Origin: Candidatus Poseidoniales archaeon
GTDB taxonomy: Archaea > Thermoplasmatota > Poseidoniia > Poseidoniales > Poseidoniaceae
Reading direction: 5' to 3'
Assembly: GCA_019651595.1 (NCBI GenBank)
Contig: BOYQ01000003.1
Coordinates: forward strand, 71,627 to 135,626
DNA length: 64,000 bases
The translations under genes were made by a program, and so were the position numbers. Below the pieces are notes generated by a model. The model had not been told where the DNA came from. It saw nothing but the letters and a program-made list of their open reading frames with translations, and did not search any database. The first letter of the stretch is position 1; each line of letters starts with the position of its first letter. Positions 1 through 10,059 of this stretch are shown here, piece by piece.

Positions 1-572
1 AACCCAAAGTGCTGGCCGGTTGCCTTGACATCGACGCCAGCGACAAAGCGGCTCGTTTCGTCCGATTTTGCGACGCATTCAACATTCCCATTCTCACGTT
101 CGAGGATGTACCAGGTTTCCTGCCCGGCACCAACCAGGAGTGGGGTGGCATCATCCGCCACGGCGCGAAACTCCTCTACGCCTTTGCTGAAGCGACCGTT
201 CCCAAGTTGACGGTCATCCTCCGGAAGGCCTACGGCGGTGCTTACGACGTGATGTCCAGCAAGCACATTCGCGGGGACTACAACGTCGCCTGGCCGTCGG
301 CGGAACTCGCGGTCATGGGCGCCGACGGTGCGGTGGAAATCATTCACCGGCGACGCATCGCTCACGCCCGAAATCCTGACCAAGAGCGGGAACGCCTCAC
401 AGAGGATTTCAAGGAGACCTTCGCCAATCCGTACAAGGCCGCGGCCCTCGGCTACCTCGACGATGTCATCGAACCCAACCAAACGCGACAGCGGCTCAGC
501 CGTGCGCTTGAGATGTTGATGGACAAAGAAGAACTGCGCCCTGCCAGGAAGCACGGGAACATCCCCCTTTGA
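1..572 (+). CDS. acyl-CoA carboxylase carboxyltransferase (beta) subunit, C-terminal part; 5' end lies outside the window
   Basis: The frame is open from the window edge. '[49 protein letters not shown]' is the conserved C-terminal carboxyltransferase core of propionyl-CoA carboxylase beta / methylmalonyl-CoA carboxyltransferase proteins. A small-subunit ORF and a BCCP gene follow. Confidence 0.85.
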   Translation, partial: PKVLAGCLDIDASDKAARFVRFCDAFNIPILTFEDVPGFLPGTNQEWGGIIRHGAKLLYAFAEATVPKLTVILRKAYGGAYDVMSSKHIRGDYNVAWPSAELAVMGADGAVEIIHRRRIAHARNPDQERERLTEDFKETFANPYKAAALGYLDDVIEPNQTRQRLSRALEMLMDKEELRPARKHGNIPL

Positions 573-581
573 GGTGAAGGC

Positions 582-773
582 ATGGGCGAAGAAATGTCGG
601 AATTGATGATGGCCGCCATCGCTGCCGTCCTTTCTGCAACGCAGGCTGACGGCGACGATCCCGCACAGGTTGCCCGCCAACCCGGGTCGCCTTGGTCCCA
701 GGACCATCGCCGACAAATGACGGGCAGAGCATCGTTGATGAACGCACGAGCAGGCCGCTCTCCGTGGAGGTGA
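582..773 (+). CDS. small hypothetical protein, possibly a small (epsilon/gamma-like) subunit of the carboxylase
   Basis: 63-aa ORF wedged between the carboxyltransferase and BCCP genes. A GAGGTGA Shine-Dalgarno-like motif lies just upstream of the ATG. The N-terminal hydrophobic stretch is 'LMMAAIAAVLSA'. Supported by position only; no diagnostic motif. Confidence 0.4.
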   Translation: MGEEMSELMMAAIAAVLSATQADGDDPAQVARQPGSPWSQDHRRQMTGRASLMNARAGRSPWR

Positions 774-777
774 ACCC

Positions 778-1185
778 ATGTCAGATACTCGAAAAGTCAT
801 CGTGAACGGAACCGAATACGAGGTTGAGCTTGAAGGGGAAGGGACCCAATGGAAAGCCACCGTGGGCGGACAGACCTTCGAAATTCAGATGCCTGAAGCG
901 ACGGTGGCTGCCAAGCCTCGGCGGTCGGGGGGTCGAAAGAAAAAGAAATCCGGCACGGTTTCTGCGAACATTCCCGGCAAGGTCGTGACCGTCGAAGTCG
1001 AGGAAGGCCAGACCGTCACCGAGGGCCAAGTCATCCTGATCCTCGAAGCCATGAAAATGCAAAACGAGATTCAAGCTCCTGTTTCTGGGACGGTGGTTTC
1101 CGTGCAGTGCAGTGAAGGCGAAGCCATCGAGGCCAACGTTCCTCTGGTGGTCATCGAACCGACCGTGAGCGACGACGAAGACTGA
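778..1185 (+). CDS. biotin carboxyl carrier protein (biotinyl/lipoyl domain)
   Basis: Carries the canonical biotinylation motif 'EAMKMQNEI' inside a 'GKVVTVEVEEGQTVTEGQVILILEAMKM...APVSGTV' biotinyl domain. GGAGGTGA lies just upstream of the ATG. Confidence 0.85.
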   Translation: MSDTRKVIVNGTEYEVELEGEGTQWKATVGGQTFEIQMPEATVAAKPRRSGGRKKKKSGTVSANIPGKVVTVEVEEGQTVTEGQVILILEAMKMQNEIQAPVSGTVVSVQCSEGEAIEANVPLVVIEPTVSDDED

Positions 1186-1237
1186 GGTTGGTCACGATTG
1201 AGAAAGGGTTAATGTAGCATCATAGCGAGTTGTCGGC

Positions 1238-1477
1238 ATGGACGGAAAACCAGTGTGTGACTTCCCTGGATGTGGCGAGGTGGGCACCATCGTTTCCCGT
1301 CTCTCACCCGAAGGCTATCTCGTGGCCACGGGCAAGAAGGCCTACTCGTTTCGTGAGGCTTATCGACGGTTCCACTACTGCTCAGGGCACCATGACGAAT
1401 TGATGAACGGCGTGTGGTCACGCGTCCGAAAACCCGACGACAAGAGTGACGGCCACGTGGCACCCACGGCCATTTGA
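1238..1477 (+). CDS. hypothetical small Cys/His protein
   Basis: 79-aa ORF in an otherwise empty gap, with CxxxxC ... CxxHH spacing suggesting a zinc knuckle. No family recognised. Confidence 0.3.
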   Translation: MDGKPVCDFPGCGEVGTIVSRLSPEGYLVATGKKAYSFREAYRRFHYCSGHHDELMNGVWSRVRKPDDKSDGHVAPTAI

Positions 1478-1540
1478 GCCCTCGAGCCATGGCGCAGGCG
1501 TGATATACCCCCAGTCCATGGAAGTGTATACGTAAAGCGG

Positions 1541-4500
1541 TTGCCTCCCAAAACCTCATCCACCCTCATCAGCCTGATGATGGTGCTCTCCGTTCTTCTC
1601 GTGGGTGCGACACCACGGTATCGGCCGTGGGTCCAAATCAAAACGACATGGGCATGGCGTCGGGTGATCTTCCCGACAACTTGTCCACCCCAACCAGTGT
1701 TCCAAACCTCATTTTCAGCAGCACCGTGTCGGGGTCGGGGAGTTGGTCTCGGGTACGGACACCTACGATACCTCCGCGTGGCCCTTAGCAGCAACGAGGG
1801 TCTCGCTGCGGAACTGTCCTTTGCCTCGGGCGACGACTTTGATTTGGCCATTTACGACACCAACCAAAATCAGATGGATTATTCGTACTACAGCAACCCG
1901 AAACGGTCTCACGAACAGCAGCACCACCAATCACGGCGGCATGGTCTACATTGAAATCGCCGCTTATTCCTTCGCCGGCACCTCCGGTGGGTGGAACCTC
2001 ACCTTGACCAAATTCACGGTCAGCAACGGCACCGGCGGGGGTGGAAACGGCACCGGTGGCGGAGGCTCATCGGTGACCAACTGCACGGGCTCAGGAACGC
2101 TCGTCTCCGACATCCTCGAACCGAACGATTCCACGAGCACCGCCACTTCGGCGTCGCTCCTTCCGCTCACCTGCACCGGTCTCTCCATCCACACGTCGTC
2201 GGATTCCGATTACTTCGAAGTCGACATGACCACCGGCGTCTCGTATTACGTGAACGTCACCTTCAACGGAGCGGCGGGAGATATCGACACAGAATGGGTC
2301 AGTGCAAGCGGAGGCTATCTCGACAGTTCGGGTTCAACAGGCAACATCGAATCCATGCAGGTGACGGCCTCAACCAACCAGTCCACCTACGTTCGTGTTT
2401 ACGGCTACTCGGGTTCAACCAACACGTACACCATTGAAATCACCACCGACAATCCAGGTGGTGGTCAGTCAGGTGAGTTCGTTGAAGTCTCCATCATCAA
2501 CACGACCCACGCCACTCCTGTCCTTCTCAGGGTTGACCAACGGCACCACCTACAACTACAACCACACCTACGGCCAAGTCCACCTTGATGGTGATGCGTA
2601 CTGGGGTCGTCGGTCAACGGTTCGTTCAACGCCACCAACACCACGCACGAGTCAACATCTCCGTGGCTGCAACCAACAACGAATCCTCGCTGCTGGTCTC
2701 CGCCACGCTGTTCGATGCAACGGGTGCGGCGCTGAACAGCAACACGGACACCCTGTACATTGAGATGGTTGAAATCGAGGCGACATCGTCCACCACCGGC
2801 GACCTCAACCTGACCAACCTCTCGGTCAGGGACGGCGTACGACGTTGCGTGGGTGGTGCTCGACTACGTGGAGTGGCTCAACAACTTCACGGTTTCAAAC
2901 GACGTCAACGTCGCCGTCGCCCACGCTACCATTGACTCGGACACGTGGTCGATCACGCCCACTGTCTCGTCGATGTCCTACCAAATCAACTGGACCGGGC
3001 CCACCACCATGAACGAACACCTGTTCCTCGCTTACCTCGCAGAAAACGGGACGGCGGTCAACCTGAGCGATAACGACAACATGACGGGGCTTCATTTTGA
3101 TGATTTCATCCCGCAACTGCCCAGTCTCATCATCGCTTCGTATTCGGTCAGTTCCGCCGCCAGTTCCAACAACGTTCAGGCGCAAGGCCTCGATTTGGTC
3201 GTGGGCGACGCCTATCAGTACCAGTACCGTGTCACCGACGCATCAAACGCCAACTTGGCCACCTCTTCCCTCACCTCGTTCACCGCTACGGCGCAAAACA
3301 TGAGCCTGCCGACGTTCAGTTACACCACGCCCAACGCTTCTGGGACGTATTGCGTCAACATTGACCTCTACTCCAACGCCTCGGTCCAGCTGATCGGCGA
3401 TCGGGCGTGTTTCACCCTGACCCAGGACGATGACAGCGACGGCGTGGCCAACGAAGTTGACACCTGTCCCAACACCGCAGCCGGCGCAACCGTTGACCAA
3501 AACGGGTGTGCGTTGTCTCAGAAAGACACCGACGGCGACGGCTACAACGACGACGTGGATGCGTTCCCAAGCGATGCCACGCAATGGTCGGACATGGACG
3601 GCGACGGTTATGGCGACAACGCCAGCGGCAACATGGCCGGCGCGTTCCCCACCGACAGCACCCAGTGGTCGGACATGGACGGCGACGGCTACGGCGACAA
3701 CGCCAACGGTGCCTACCCGGATGCTTTCCCGACCGACCCGACGCAGTGGTCCGATGTTGACGGGGACGGCTACGGGGACAATGCCAGCGGGAACAACCCC
3801 GATGCTTGGCCCTCCGATGGAACTCAGTGGAGGGACAGCGACGGCGACGGTTTCGGCGACAACGCCTCGGGGACCAACGGCGATGCCTTCCCCAACGACG
3901 CCAGCCAGTGGTCCGACGATGACGGTGATGGCTACGGTGACAACCCCAACGGCACCACGCCGGATGCGTTCCCCGCCGATGGAACCCAATGGGAAGACAG
4001 CGATGGCGACGGTTATGGCGACAATCCGCTCGGTGATGACGCCGATGCGTTCCCGGACGACGCAACGCAGTGGTCGGATGCCGACGGCGACGGCTACGGG
4101 ACAACCAAGCCGGTCAATCACCGGACGCCTTCCCCAACGATTCCACGCAATGGTCCGACAGCGACGGTGACGGCTATGGCGACAACGCTGCCGGTATGAA
4201 TGCCGATGCCTTCCCCAACGACCCCACCCAATGGCGCGACGCCGACGGGGACGGGTACGGCGACAACGCCAACGGGAACAGCCCCGACCTGTGCCTCAAC
4301 ACCCCGGCGGGCGAAGTCGTTGACGAGAACGGGTGTTCCACCACGCAACTCGACGCCGACATGGACGGCGTGAACGATGCCACCGATGCCTGCCCCGACA
4401 CACCGGCCGGTGAGACGGTCGACAGCGTGGGATGTTCGAGCAGCCAAGAGGACGCCGACAACGACGGCGTGATGGACGCCTTTGATGCGTGCCCTAACAC

Positions 4501-5589
4501 GCCTCTCGGCTCCGTGGTCGATGCGGCGGGTTGTGCGACGAGTCAGCTCGACACCGACGGCGACACCATCACCGACGACCGCGACCAGTGCCCCACCACC
4601 ACCACGGGCGAGCCCGTGAACGGTGTTGGTTGTTCAGCGAGTGAGCGAGATACCGACGAAGACGGCGTCATGGACGCTTACGATGTCTGTGATAACACGC
4701 CTTTCTCCGAGGTGGCTGACGCTCAGGGTTGTTCCGATTCGCAAAGGACAGCGATGGCGACGAGATCACCGATGACGTTGACAACTGCCCCGGCACTGAA
4801 AACGATCTCAACGTCGACCTGCTCGGTTGCGCGACCAACCAGCGGGACTCAGACAGCGACGGCATTTCCGACGCCGTGGACACCTGTCCGGTGACCCCGA
4901 GCGGCGAGCAGGTCGATGCGCAGGGGTGTTCGGATTCTCAGAAGGACGAAGACCTCGACGACATCAACAACAACAAGGACCTCTGTCCCGACACGCCGGT
5001 GACCCAAACCGTGGACATTGACGGATGTTCTGAACAGCAAAAAGACGACGACAACGACGGCATCAAGAATCACGTCGACGATTGTCCCAATACACCGGAA
5101 GGTGAACTCATCGACGCTGTTGGTTGCGCGCTGGTTCAACTTGATTCGGACGGTGACGGTGTGAACGATGCCGAGGACGCCTTCAAGTTCGACGCCAATG
5201 AATCCGTAGACACGGACAACGACGGTGTGGCGGACCGGTGGGATGCCTTCCCCGAGGACCCCACGCGCAGCCAGGCCGAGGTTGAGGAAGGTGGAAACGG
5301 TGTGCTGTACGCCGTCATCGCTCTGCTCATGGTTGGTCTCCTTGGGGGCGGCGGTTACTTCTACACGCGAAAACCCGGCTTAAATTCGGGTCCGTTCGCC
5401 GAGGTTTCCGGCCGCACGGACGTGGCGACCGAACAGAACATGGGCGGTGGCGACAAGAACCTTCCATCTCTGGATAACGCTGAACCTCAGCAGTGGGAGG
5501 AAAACGGCGTCCACTGGTCTCGAGACGTCAACGGTCAACTGTCGTACTACGACGCCAGTGCTGGAGCATGGGTGCCGTACCAGGGCTGA
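1541..5589 (+). CDS. very large secreted surface protein: signal peptide, PPC-type domains, 9x27-aa and 9x33-aa DxDxDG (TSP3-like) repeats, C-terminal TM anchor; read through several frameshifts
   Basis: ORF fragments 1541-1954, 1743-2588, 2395-2763, 2585-2935, 2853-4199, 4070-4894 and 4729-5589 join into one reading. N-terminal signal/TM is 'LISLMMVLSVLLVGA'. The pre-peptidase C-terminal (PPC) signature is 'EPNDSTSTAT...DSDYFEV...YYVNV...GDIDTEW...VRVYGYSGSTNTYTIEI'. Repeat consensus units are 'FPxDxTQWxDxDGDGYGDN' and 'CPxTPxGExVDxxGCSxSQxDxDxDG'. The anchor is 'GVLYAVIALLMVGLLGGGGYFYTRK' followed by a cytoplasmic tail. Confidence 0.7.
3564..4291 (+). repeat. coding tandem repeat, 9 units of 81 bp (27 aa, 'FPxDxTQWxDxDGDGYGDNxxGxxxDA')
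   Basis: Nine consecutive units were read directly from the translation. Unit 7 is broken by a 1-nt loss in the GGG run at 4098-4100. Confidence 0.85.
4292..5181 (+). repeat. coding tandem repeat, 9 units of 99 bp (33 aa, two Cys plus a DxDxDG motif per unit)
   Basis: Units begin with CLNTP, CPDTP, CPNTP, CPTTT, CDNTP, CPGTE, CPVTP, CPDTP and CPNTP. Unit 5 is broken by a 1-nt loss in the A run at 4753-4755. Confidence 0.85.
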
Positions 5590-5649
5590 ACAACGGTCGC
5601 CCTGCGGTGAACTTGCCGTCGTTGATGGGCCGGGGAGGAGAACAGGCCG

Positions 5650-6806
5650 TCAGGTGAGCACTTCGAGCAGACGGTCCTGCTCAACCGCCATGCGCAGTTC
5701 CATGGCGATGCGTCGTCCACTCGACATGGGTTTTCGCCAGGTGGCGTTGCCGTAGGGGTGGCCGACACTCACGTGGACGTTGGTGCCGCCACCGAGGCGG
5801 GGGGCAACGTCGTAGATGTAGTAGTTCATGTCCTTGTCAATGCACGTCTGGAGGCAGAACGGTCCGATGATGCCGGGATCGTAGTGCTCCTTGCTGGCCT
5901 TGATGAATTTCTCACCCAGTTCAAACGCCTTTTCCAAGAGAGACTCACGGATGGTGGCCGTGTTGTGACCCACCACCGTCATTTCAGGGATCTGTTGGTG
6001 AATTGGCATGGTCATCTGCTGAGGAGCCGGCAATCGGACGTGACCGTCCAGCGAGGATTCGAAACGCCAGTCAACGCCGAGGAGTTCCAATCGCTCGCCC
6101 TCCTCCGCCAGCGGGCTGTAAAAGAAATTGAGGTTGAACACGGGGCCGATGACATAGCGTTCAATTCTCGCGCCGTCCAACGAGGCCTGGTCGATGACGC
6201 CCTCGGCCAGCAAGGCTGCGGATTTCTCCTGATATTCCTTGAAGGAAGCGCAGGTGAAGAACCCGCGCTCAAGTTTCTTCTGTGCGTGGTGAAGTTTGAC
6301 GATGACGAGGCAGTCGATGTCTTCGGGGTTGTCGATTTTTTCAGGGTAGGGCAGGCCTGCCTTTTCCAATATCCAGTAGTAGTCTTGGTCTTCGGTCCGC
6401 TCTTCCATCCGGAGCATGTTTCGGGACCCGAACATGGGAACACGGAAGCTGTTCTCAATGTCGCCGATGGCAGAATACGAGGTGAAGGACCGGTTGGGGA
6501 TGTAGATGACGTTTCGCTTGCGCATTTCCTCTTGCATGTCCGGAGCGAGGACGTCGTTGAAGTCGTTCAACACGATGGCTTTGTCGACCATGCCGCGAAC
6601 CACGCGGCCGGAAGCGCTCGTTGGGTTTTGAAGTAATTGGCGTAGGTCTTGTGGCGCCCCTCTTTGCAGTAGGCAACGGTTGGAAACCCTTCTTCGATGG
6701 CCCCGTCGCAGATGTCAAGCGCAGAGTGAGAGGCCGTCATTCCGATTCGCAGCTTCAATCGGTCGTACTCTTCCACGATGGAAGCGATGTCGGATTGGTC
6801 AATCAT
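5650..6806 (-). CDS. purP: 5-formaminoimidazole-4-carboxamide ribonucleotide (FAICAR) synthetase PurP, one frameshift near 6600
   Basis: Fragments 6567-6806 (N-terminus 'IGMTASHSALDICDGAIEEGFPTVAYCKEGR') and 5650-6603 (ATP-grasp body ending 'YIYDVAPRLGGGTNVH') match the archaeal PurP family layout. Confidence 0.85.
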
Positions 6807-6866
6807 TCAAGCCACGTCCGGTTATTTCCTTGGTTGGAGGTTTTTGATGTATCCGTTTGGTTTGGT

Positions 6867-7742
6867 TCAGTCAAACCGCTGGAGTTGCATCAGTTCCTCG
6901 GTCGAAAGCGTCTCGCCGGCCAACAACTTGGCCATCAAATCTTGGGTTTGATCGCTGGCCGCAGGACGCTGACCTTCGCCAGCACTGGCGCCACGCATGG
7001 CTCGCAGGATGTCTTGAATGGAATGCAGGCATCGGAGGGAGACGATGTAGAGGCTGTGCTCTTTGTCGGCTTCCTTCTTCGAGGTGCGAAGCTTTCGGTG
7101 GGCGGCTTCAGCCTTTTCGCGCTGGCGGTCGACTTCTGCGTTCCACTGGAGCATGTTGTCGTGAGCGCTTTGTGCCGCTTCAGCCGCCTCCTTTACGGCG
7201 TTGTGGGCCGATTCCTGGAGAGCGATGGCTTCCCTCAGTTCACCGCTGCCTTCAGCGCTCTCGGTGGCTTGTTGAGCGGCCTTCAGGGCTTTTCGCTTGG
7301 CGTTAAGTTCCTTCATTTTCTTGAAGTACTTGCGCTCGTTTTTACCCTGGTGCTTGCCCTGCTCAAATTCTCGTTCGAGCCGCTCCATGGTTCGGGTGAG
7401 GGATTGCACGGTGTCGGGGCGGATGGGCCGGCCTCGCCGGTCGAATTGTTGGGGCTGTTCAGGTTGATCGGCCCGCATAGCATCCTTGGCTTCTCGGACC
7501 TTTTTGTTGGCTTCTTCTCGTTCACGCTTTTTCTCCCTGACCATCTCGTTCATCTGGTCTCGTAGGTCGCGCTGCTCACGAACCTGAACGATCAGCTCAC
7601 GAACTTCGTTGTTGAGTTCGTTTCGGGTGCCGGTGTATTGCTTGGTTTTCTCGTTCCAATCGTCTCGAATCTCACGATGCTGAGTTGCTTTCTTGTCAAC
7701 CATTTTTCGTCGCTCATCAAGAAGATCTTTGAGTTCTGCCAT
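6867..7742 (-). CDS. archaeal coiled-coil protein (COG1340-like), paralog 1
   Basis: 291 aa, almost entirely charged heptad-like sequence (E/K/R/Q rich). The C-terminal motif is 'LLAGETLSTEELMQL'. Confidence 0.7.
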   Translation of the reverse strand: MAELKDLLDERRKMVDKKATQHREIRDDWNEKTKQYTGTRNELNNEVRELIVQVREQRDLRDQMNEMVREKKREREEANKKVREAKDAMRADQPEQPQQFDRRGRPIRPDTVQSLTRTMERLEREFEQGKHQGKNERKYFKKMKELNAKRKALKAAQQATESAEGSGELREAIALQESAHNAVKEAAEAAQSAHDNMLQWNAEVDRQREKAEAAHRKLRTSKKEADKEHSLYIVSLRCLHSIQDILRAMRGASAGEGQRPAASDQTQDLMAKLLAGETLSTEELMQLQRFD

Positions 7743-7839
7743 TCTTCATCTCACCTGGTCTGGGGAGGATTCCCATCCTCCCGCAGTCTGGCGACCAACC
7801 TCCTCCATTTAATCCTTCACGGCAGGTTCTCCTTTGGCT

Positions 7840-8157
7840 TTATGCGGGCCATTCGAGGTTCTTGATGGCCCTCCGGATGGCGCCGAGGTTGGTTGTTCGG
7901 TGGCATTTGACAGCCAAGGTCCGGAGCGAAACGGGTGCCAAGATGAGGTAGCCTTGCTCCATCACCAACGTCGTCATGGCCTCCTTGTCTGCAGTCTGCA
8001 CGAGGCTCTGCCATCGTTCGATCTCGTCGGTGCCTGCGGGTTGACCGTTGGTCTGGACCACGAACCCGTCAGGGTCGATCAGATGAACAGAGACCACGCC
8101 CGGCAAATCGGCGAGGGGCCGAAGCAACGAATCGATCACGAGGGGAAGTGAGCACAC
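7840..8157 (-). CDS. Roadblock/LC7 (MglB-like) domain protein
   Basis: 105 aa. 'LADLPGVVSVHLIDPDGFVVQTNG...' has the size and pattern of Roadblock/LC7 proteins. Confidence 0.55.
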   Translation of the reverse strand: MCSLPLVIDSLLRPLADLPGVVSVHLIDPDGFVVQTNGQPAGTDEIERWQSLVQTADKEAMTTLVMEQGYLILAPVSLRTLAVKCHRTTNLGAIRRAIKNLEWPA

Positions 8158-8173
8158 CGGTGAATAATTGTTC

Positions 8174-8662
8174 TCAACCCTGAGGGGGCTTCAGCGGACC
8201 TCGCATCATGTACCCGAGGCCTGACTGGTAGTAGCCCTTGAGCTCCTGCTCCACGGACAACCCTCGTCGCTCGTAGAAGCGTTGAGCGCCCGTGTTTTCG
8301 GCCTTCACTTCGAGTTGCACGCGTCGGAACCCTTTGCGCCAGGCCTCGGCGTTAAACCGCTGCCACGCCGTGCTCCCAAGGGCGTGCCCTTGATGCTCTC
8401 GAGCGATGACGAAGGCGGCGACCCTCACGATGTCGTCCATGAAGGGGGTGCCGTAAAACACGCCTTGGATGGTCCTCGGCTCATCTTCTTCGAGGTCGAC
8501 CAACACCAGGTTTCCATCCCACTGCGGAATGGGGAGATGGCGCACCGATGCCTCGGCGTATTGTTCACCTGTCTCTTGCTTGAAGAGACGGATCACTTCA
8601 GTGACGGCGGCGCTGTTGTAATCCAACGGCCGCAAACCTGGAAGCCAAGCCATGGTGGGCAA
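8174..8662 (-). CDS. GNAT family N-acetyltransferase
   Basis: The acetyl-CoA binding motif region is 'REHQGHALGSTAWQRFNAEAWRKGFRRVQLEVKAENTGAQRFYERRGL'. Confidence 0.8.
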   Translation of the reverse strand: MPTMAWLPGLRPLDYNSAAVTEVIRLFKQETGEQYAEASVRHLPIPQWDGNLVLVDLEEDEPRTIQGVFYGTPFMDDIVRVAAFVIAREHQGHALGSTAWQRFNAEAWRKGFRRVQLEVKAENTGAQRFYERRGLSVEQELKGYYQSGLGYMMRGPLKPPQG

Positions 8663-8666
8663 GGGC

Positions 8667-9521
8667 TCACTTCCGCGACGGCGACCGGTGTCGCTGACCC
8701 CGGCGTGGGGCCGCCTTTCGCATGGTAGGTTCTCGCTTTTCTTTGGCTTCGTTCCTTTTCTCTTCAGCGGGTTGTACGTCGGTCAATCCACCGTGTTCGA
8801 GCATGGAGGCGAATTCTTCCATGGTGAGTGCCTCGCCCGCCAACAACCGTTCGCTCATCTCAGGCGTGGGGGGTGGGAGGGGTTGTTTTGGACCTGCGTT
8901 TTCCTTTTTCAGGTAGGCACGGAGGCGTCCTGCCTCGGTTCGGAGCCCCTTGGCTTTCTGTCGTGCTTGTGAGAGTTCCTGAGCCAGTTGGCGGTCCTTC
9001 TTGTTCACGGATTTAATCGTCTCAAGGAGGTCGCGACGAGCGGTTCTGAGGTTGGCTAGGACCGCGGTCTGCTCGTTGTAAATGGCGAGCATCGCTTGGA
9101 GTTCGAAGAACCGTGAAAACATCTCCATTTCTTGCGCCAGACTCATTGAGGTGTTGGCGTCGTTTCTGCCGGTCAGTTTGGCATGGAATTCTCCTATGGT
9201 GTTGGCCACGCGGTGCCTCGGAACGACCAGCCGGTTGACCAAATCGTCCCGCTCGTTCAAATGCCGATCAAAAGCATGCTTTTGCTCAATGGCCAAGCGG
9301 ATGAGTTCATCCTGTTCGGTCGCAGGTTCAACCGGCGGTTCTCCTAATTTATTGACGGCGAATTTGATGGTCTCGGAGTGAAGTTTTTTCTTCAGGTGCA
9401 ACTCAACCAGGGCTAGCTCCAACTCGGTAAGGGCTTGGCGAGCCTCGTCATACTTGCTTTCGACCTCAGCCGGTGAAAGGGAGATCAAGTCGTCAAAGAG
9501 GGAAGCAGGCTGTTTTGCCAT
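8667..9521 (-). CDS. archaeal coiled-coil protein (COG1340-like), paralog 2, with a basic C-terminal tail
   Basis: 284 aa of coiled-coil-type sequence. Its C-terminal 'LLAGEALTMEEF' motif is shared with 6867-7742. The start codon abuts the stop of 9522-9989. Confidence 0.7.
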   Translation of the reverse strand: MAKQPASLFDDLISLSPAEVESKYDEARQALTELELALVELHLKKKLHSETIKFAVNKLGEPPVEPATEQDELIRLAIEQKHAFDRHLNERDDLVNRLVVPRHRVANTIGEFHAKLTGRNDANTSMSLAQEMEMFSRFFELQAMLAIYNEQTAVLANLRTARRDLLETIKSVNKKDRQLAQELSQARQKAKGLRTEAGRLRAYLKKENAGPKQPLPPPTPEMSERLLAGEALTMEEFASMLEHGGLTDVQPAEEKRNEAKEKREPTMRKAAPRRGQRHRSPSRK

Positions 9522-9989
9522 TCAGTTCCCCTCCCGATTCAACTTCCGTTGCTTCTCCACGGCATAACTGGAGGCGCCGCCCGATGCCAATCGCTCGGCA
9601 TCTTCCAGGAGGTGCCCCCATCCACCTTTGACCAACTCGGACCAAAATTGGATGGCTTCTTCACCGTCAGCGATGGCGTTCTTTACCGTTTGCAGGCGGG
9701 ACGCTGTGCGACGGCGGAACGCCTCGTGCTCCTCGTGCATGGTTCTCGCTTTCTCCAGGACATCCTGCTGTGACTCGTCTCCCTGCTCAAGTTCCTCAAG
9801 GCGTTTCACCTCGGCACGCGCCTCGCTGGCCAATCGGTGCGCCCGGTCGTTTTCTTCGGTACGCTGTTGGAGGATTTTTGGCAAAGATGCAGCGGCAGCT
9901 TTCCTTCGTTCGAGAATGGCGACCACGAGGTCTTCAGGCGTAACGGACAACAGCTCCTCCGCCTGCATCGGTTCGGGGTGATTGTTCAA
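9522..9989 (-). CDS. hypothetical alpha-helical/coiled-coil protein, first gene of the minus-strand cluster
   Basis: 155-aa charged helical sequence, translationally coupled to the next gene with no intergenic gap. Confidence 0.55.
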   Translation of the reverse strand: MNNHPEPMQAEELLSVTPEDLVVAILERRKAAAASLPKILQQRTEENDRAHRLASEARAEVKRLEELEQGDESQQDVLEKARTMHEEHEAFRRRTASRLQTVKNAIADGEEAIQFWSELVKGGWGHLLEDAERLASGGASSYAVEKQRKLNREGN

Positions 9990-10059
9990 CGTAAAAGAAA
10001 CAACCCCTTGGCCCTGCTTACGGCGTGAAGGTGAAGAACCACTTCATCCACGCCATGGT

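Noticed and set aside
3243-4170. Several overlapping 230-290-aa ORFs (3243-4121 minus, 3412-4104 minus, 3430-4170 plus) rich in Arg/His/Thr
   Set aside because: They are alternative-frame readings of the GAC/GGC-rich 81-bp repeat array. Only the frame giving 'FPxDxTQWxDxDGDGYGDN' yields a recognisable domain, and the others are repeat-induced open frames.
3564-5181. Regular 81-bp and 99-bp periodic repeats, which could superficially suggest a CRISPR-like or satellite array
   Set aside because: The units are contiguous with no unique spacers and are in frame. They encode a conserved calcium-binding-type motif within one long secreted protein, so they are coding tandem repeats.
5758-7565. ORFs 5758-6636 (+) and 6621-7565 (+), about 300 aa each
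   Set aside because: They are antisense to purP and to the coiled-coil gene 6867-7742, both of which have clear family features. No motifs are present in the plus-strand translations.
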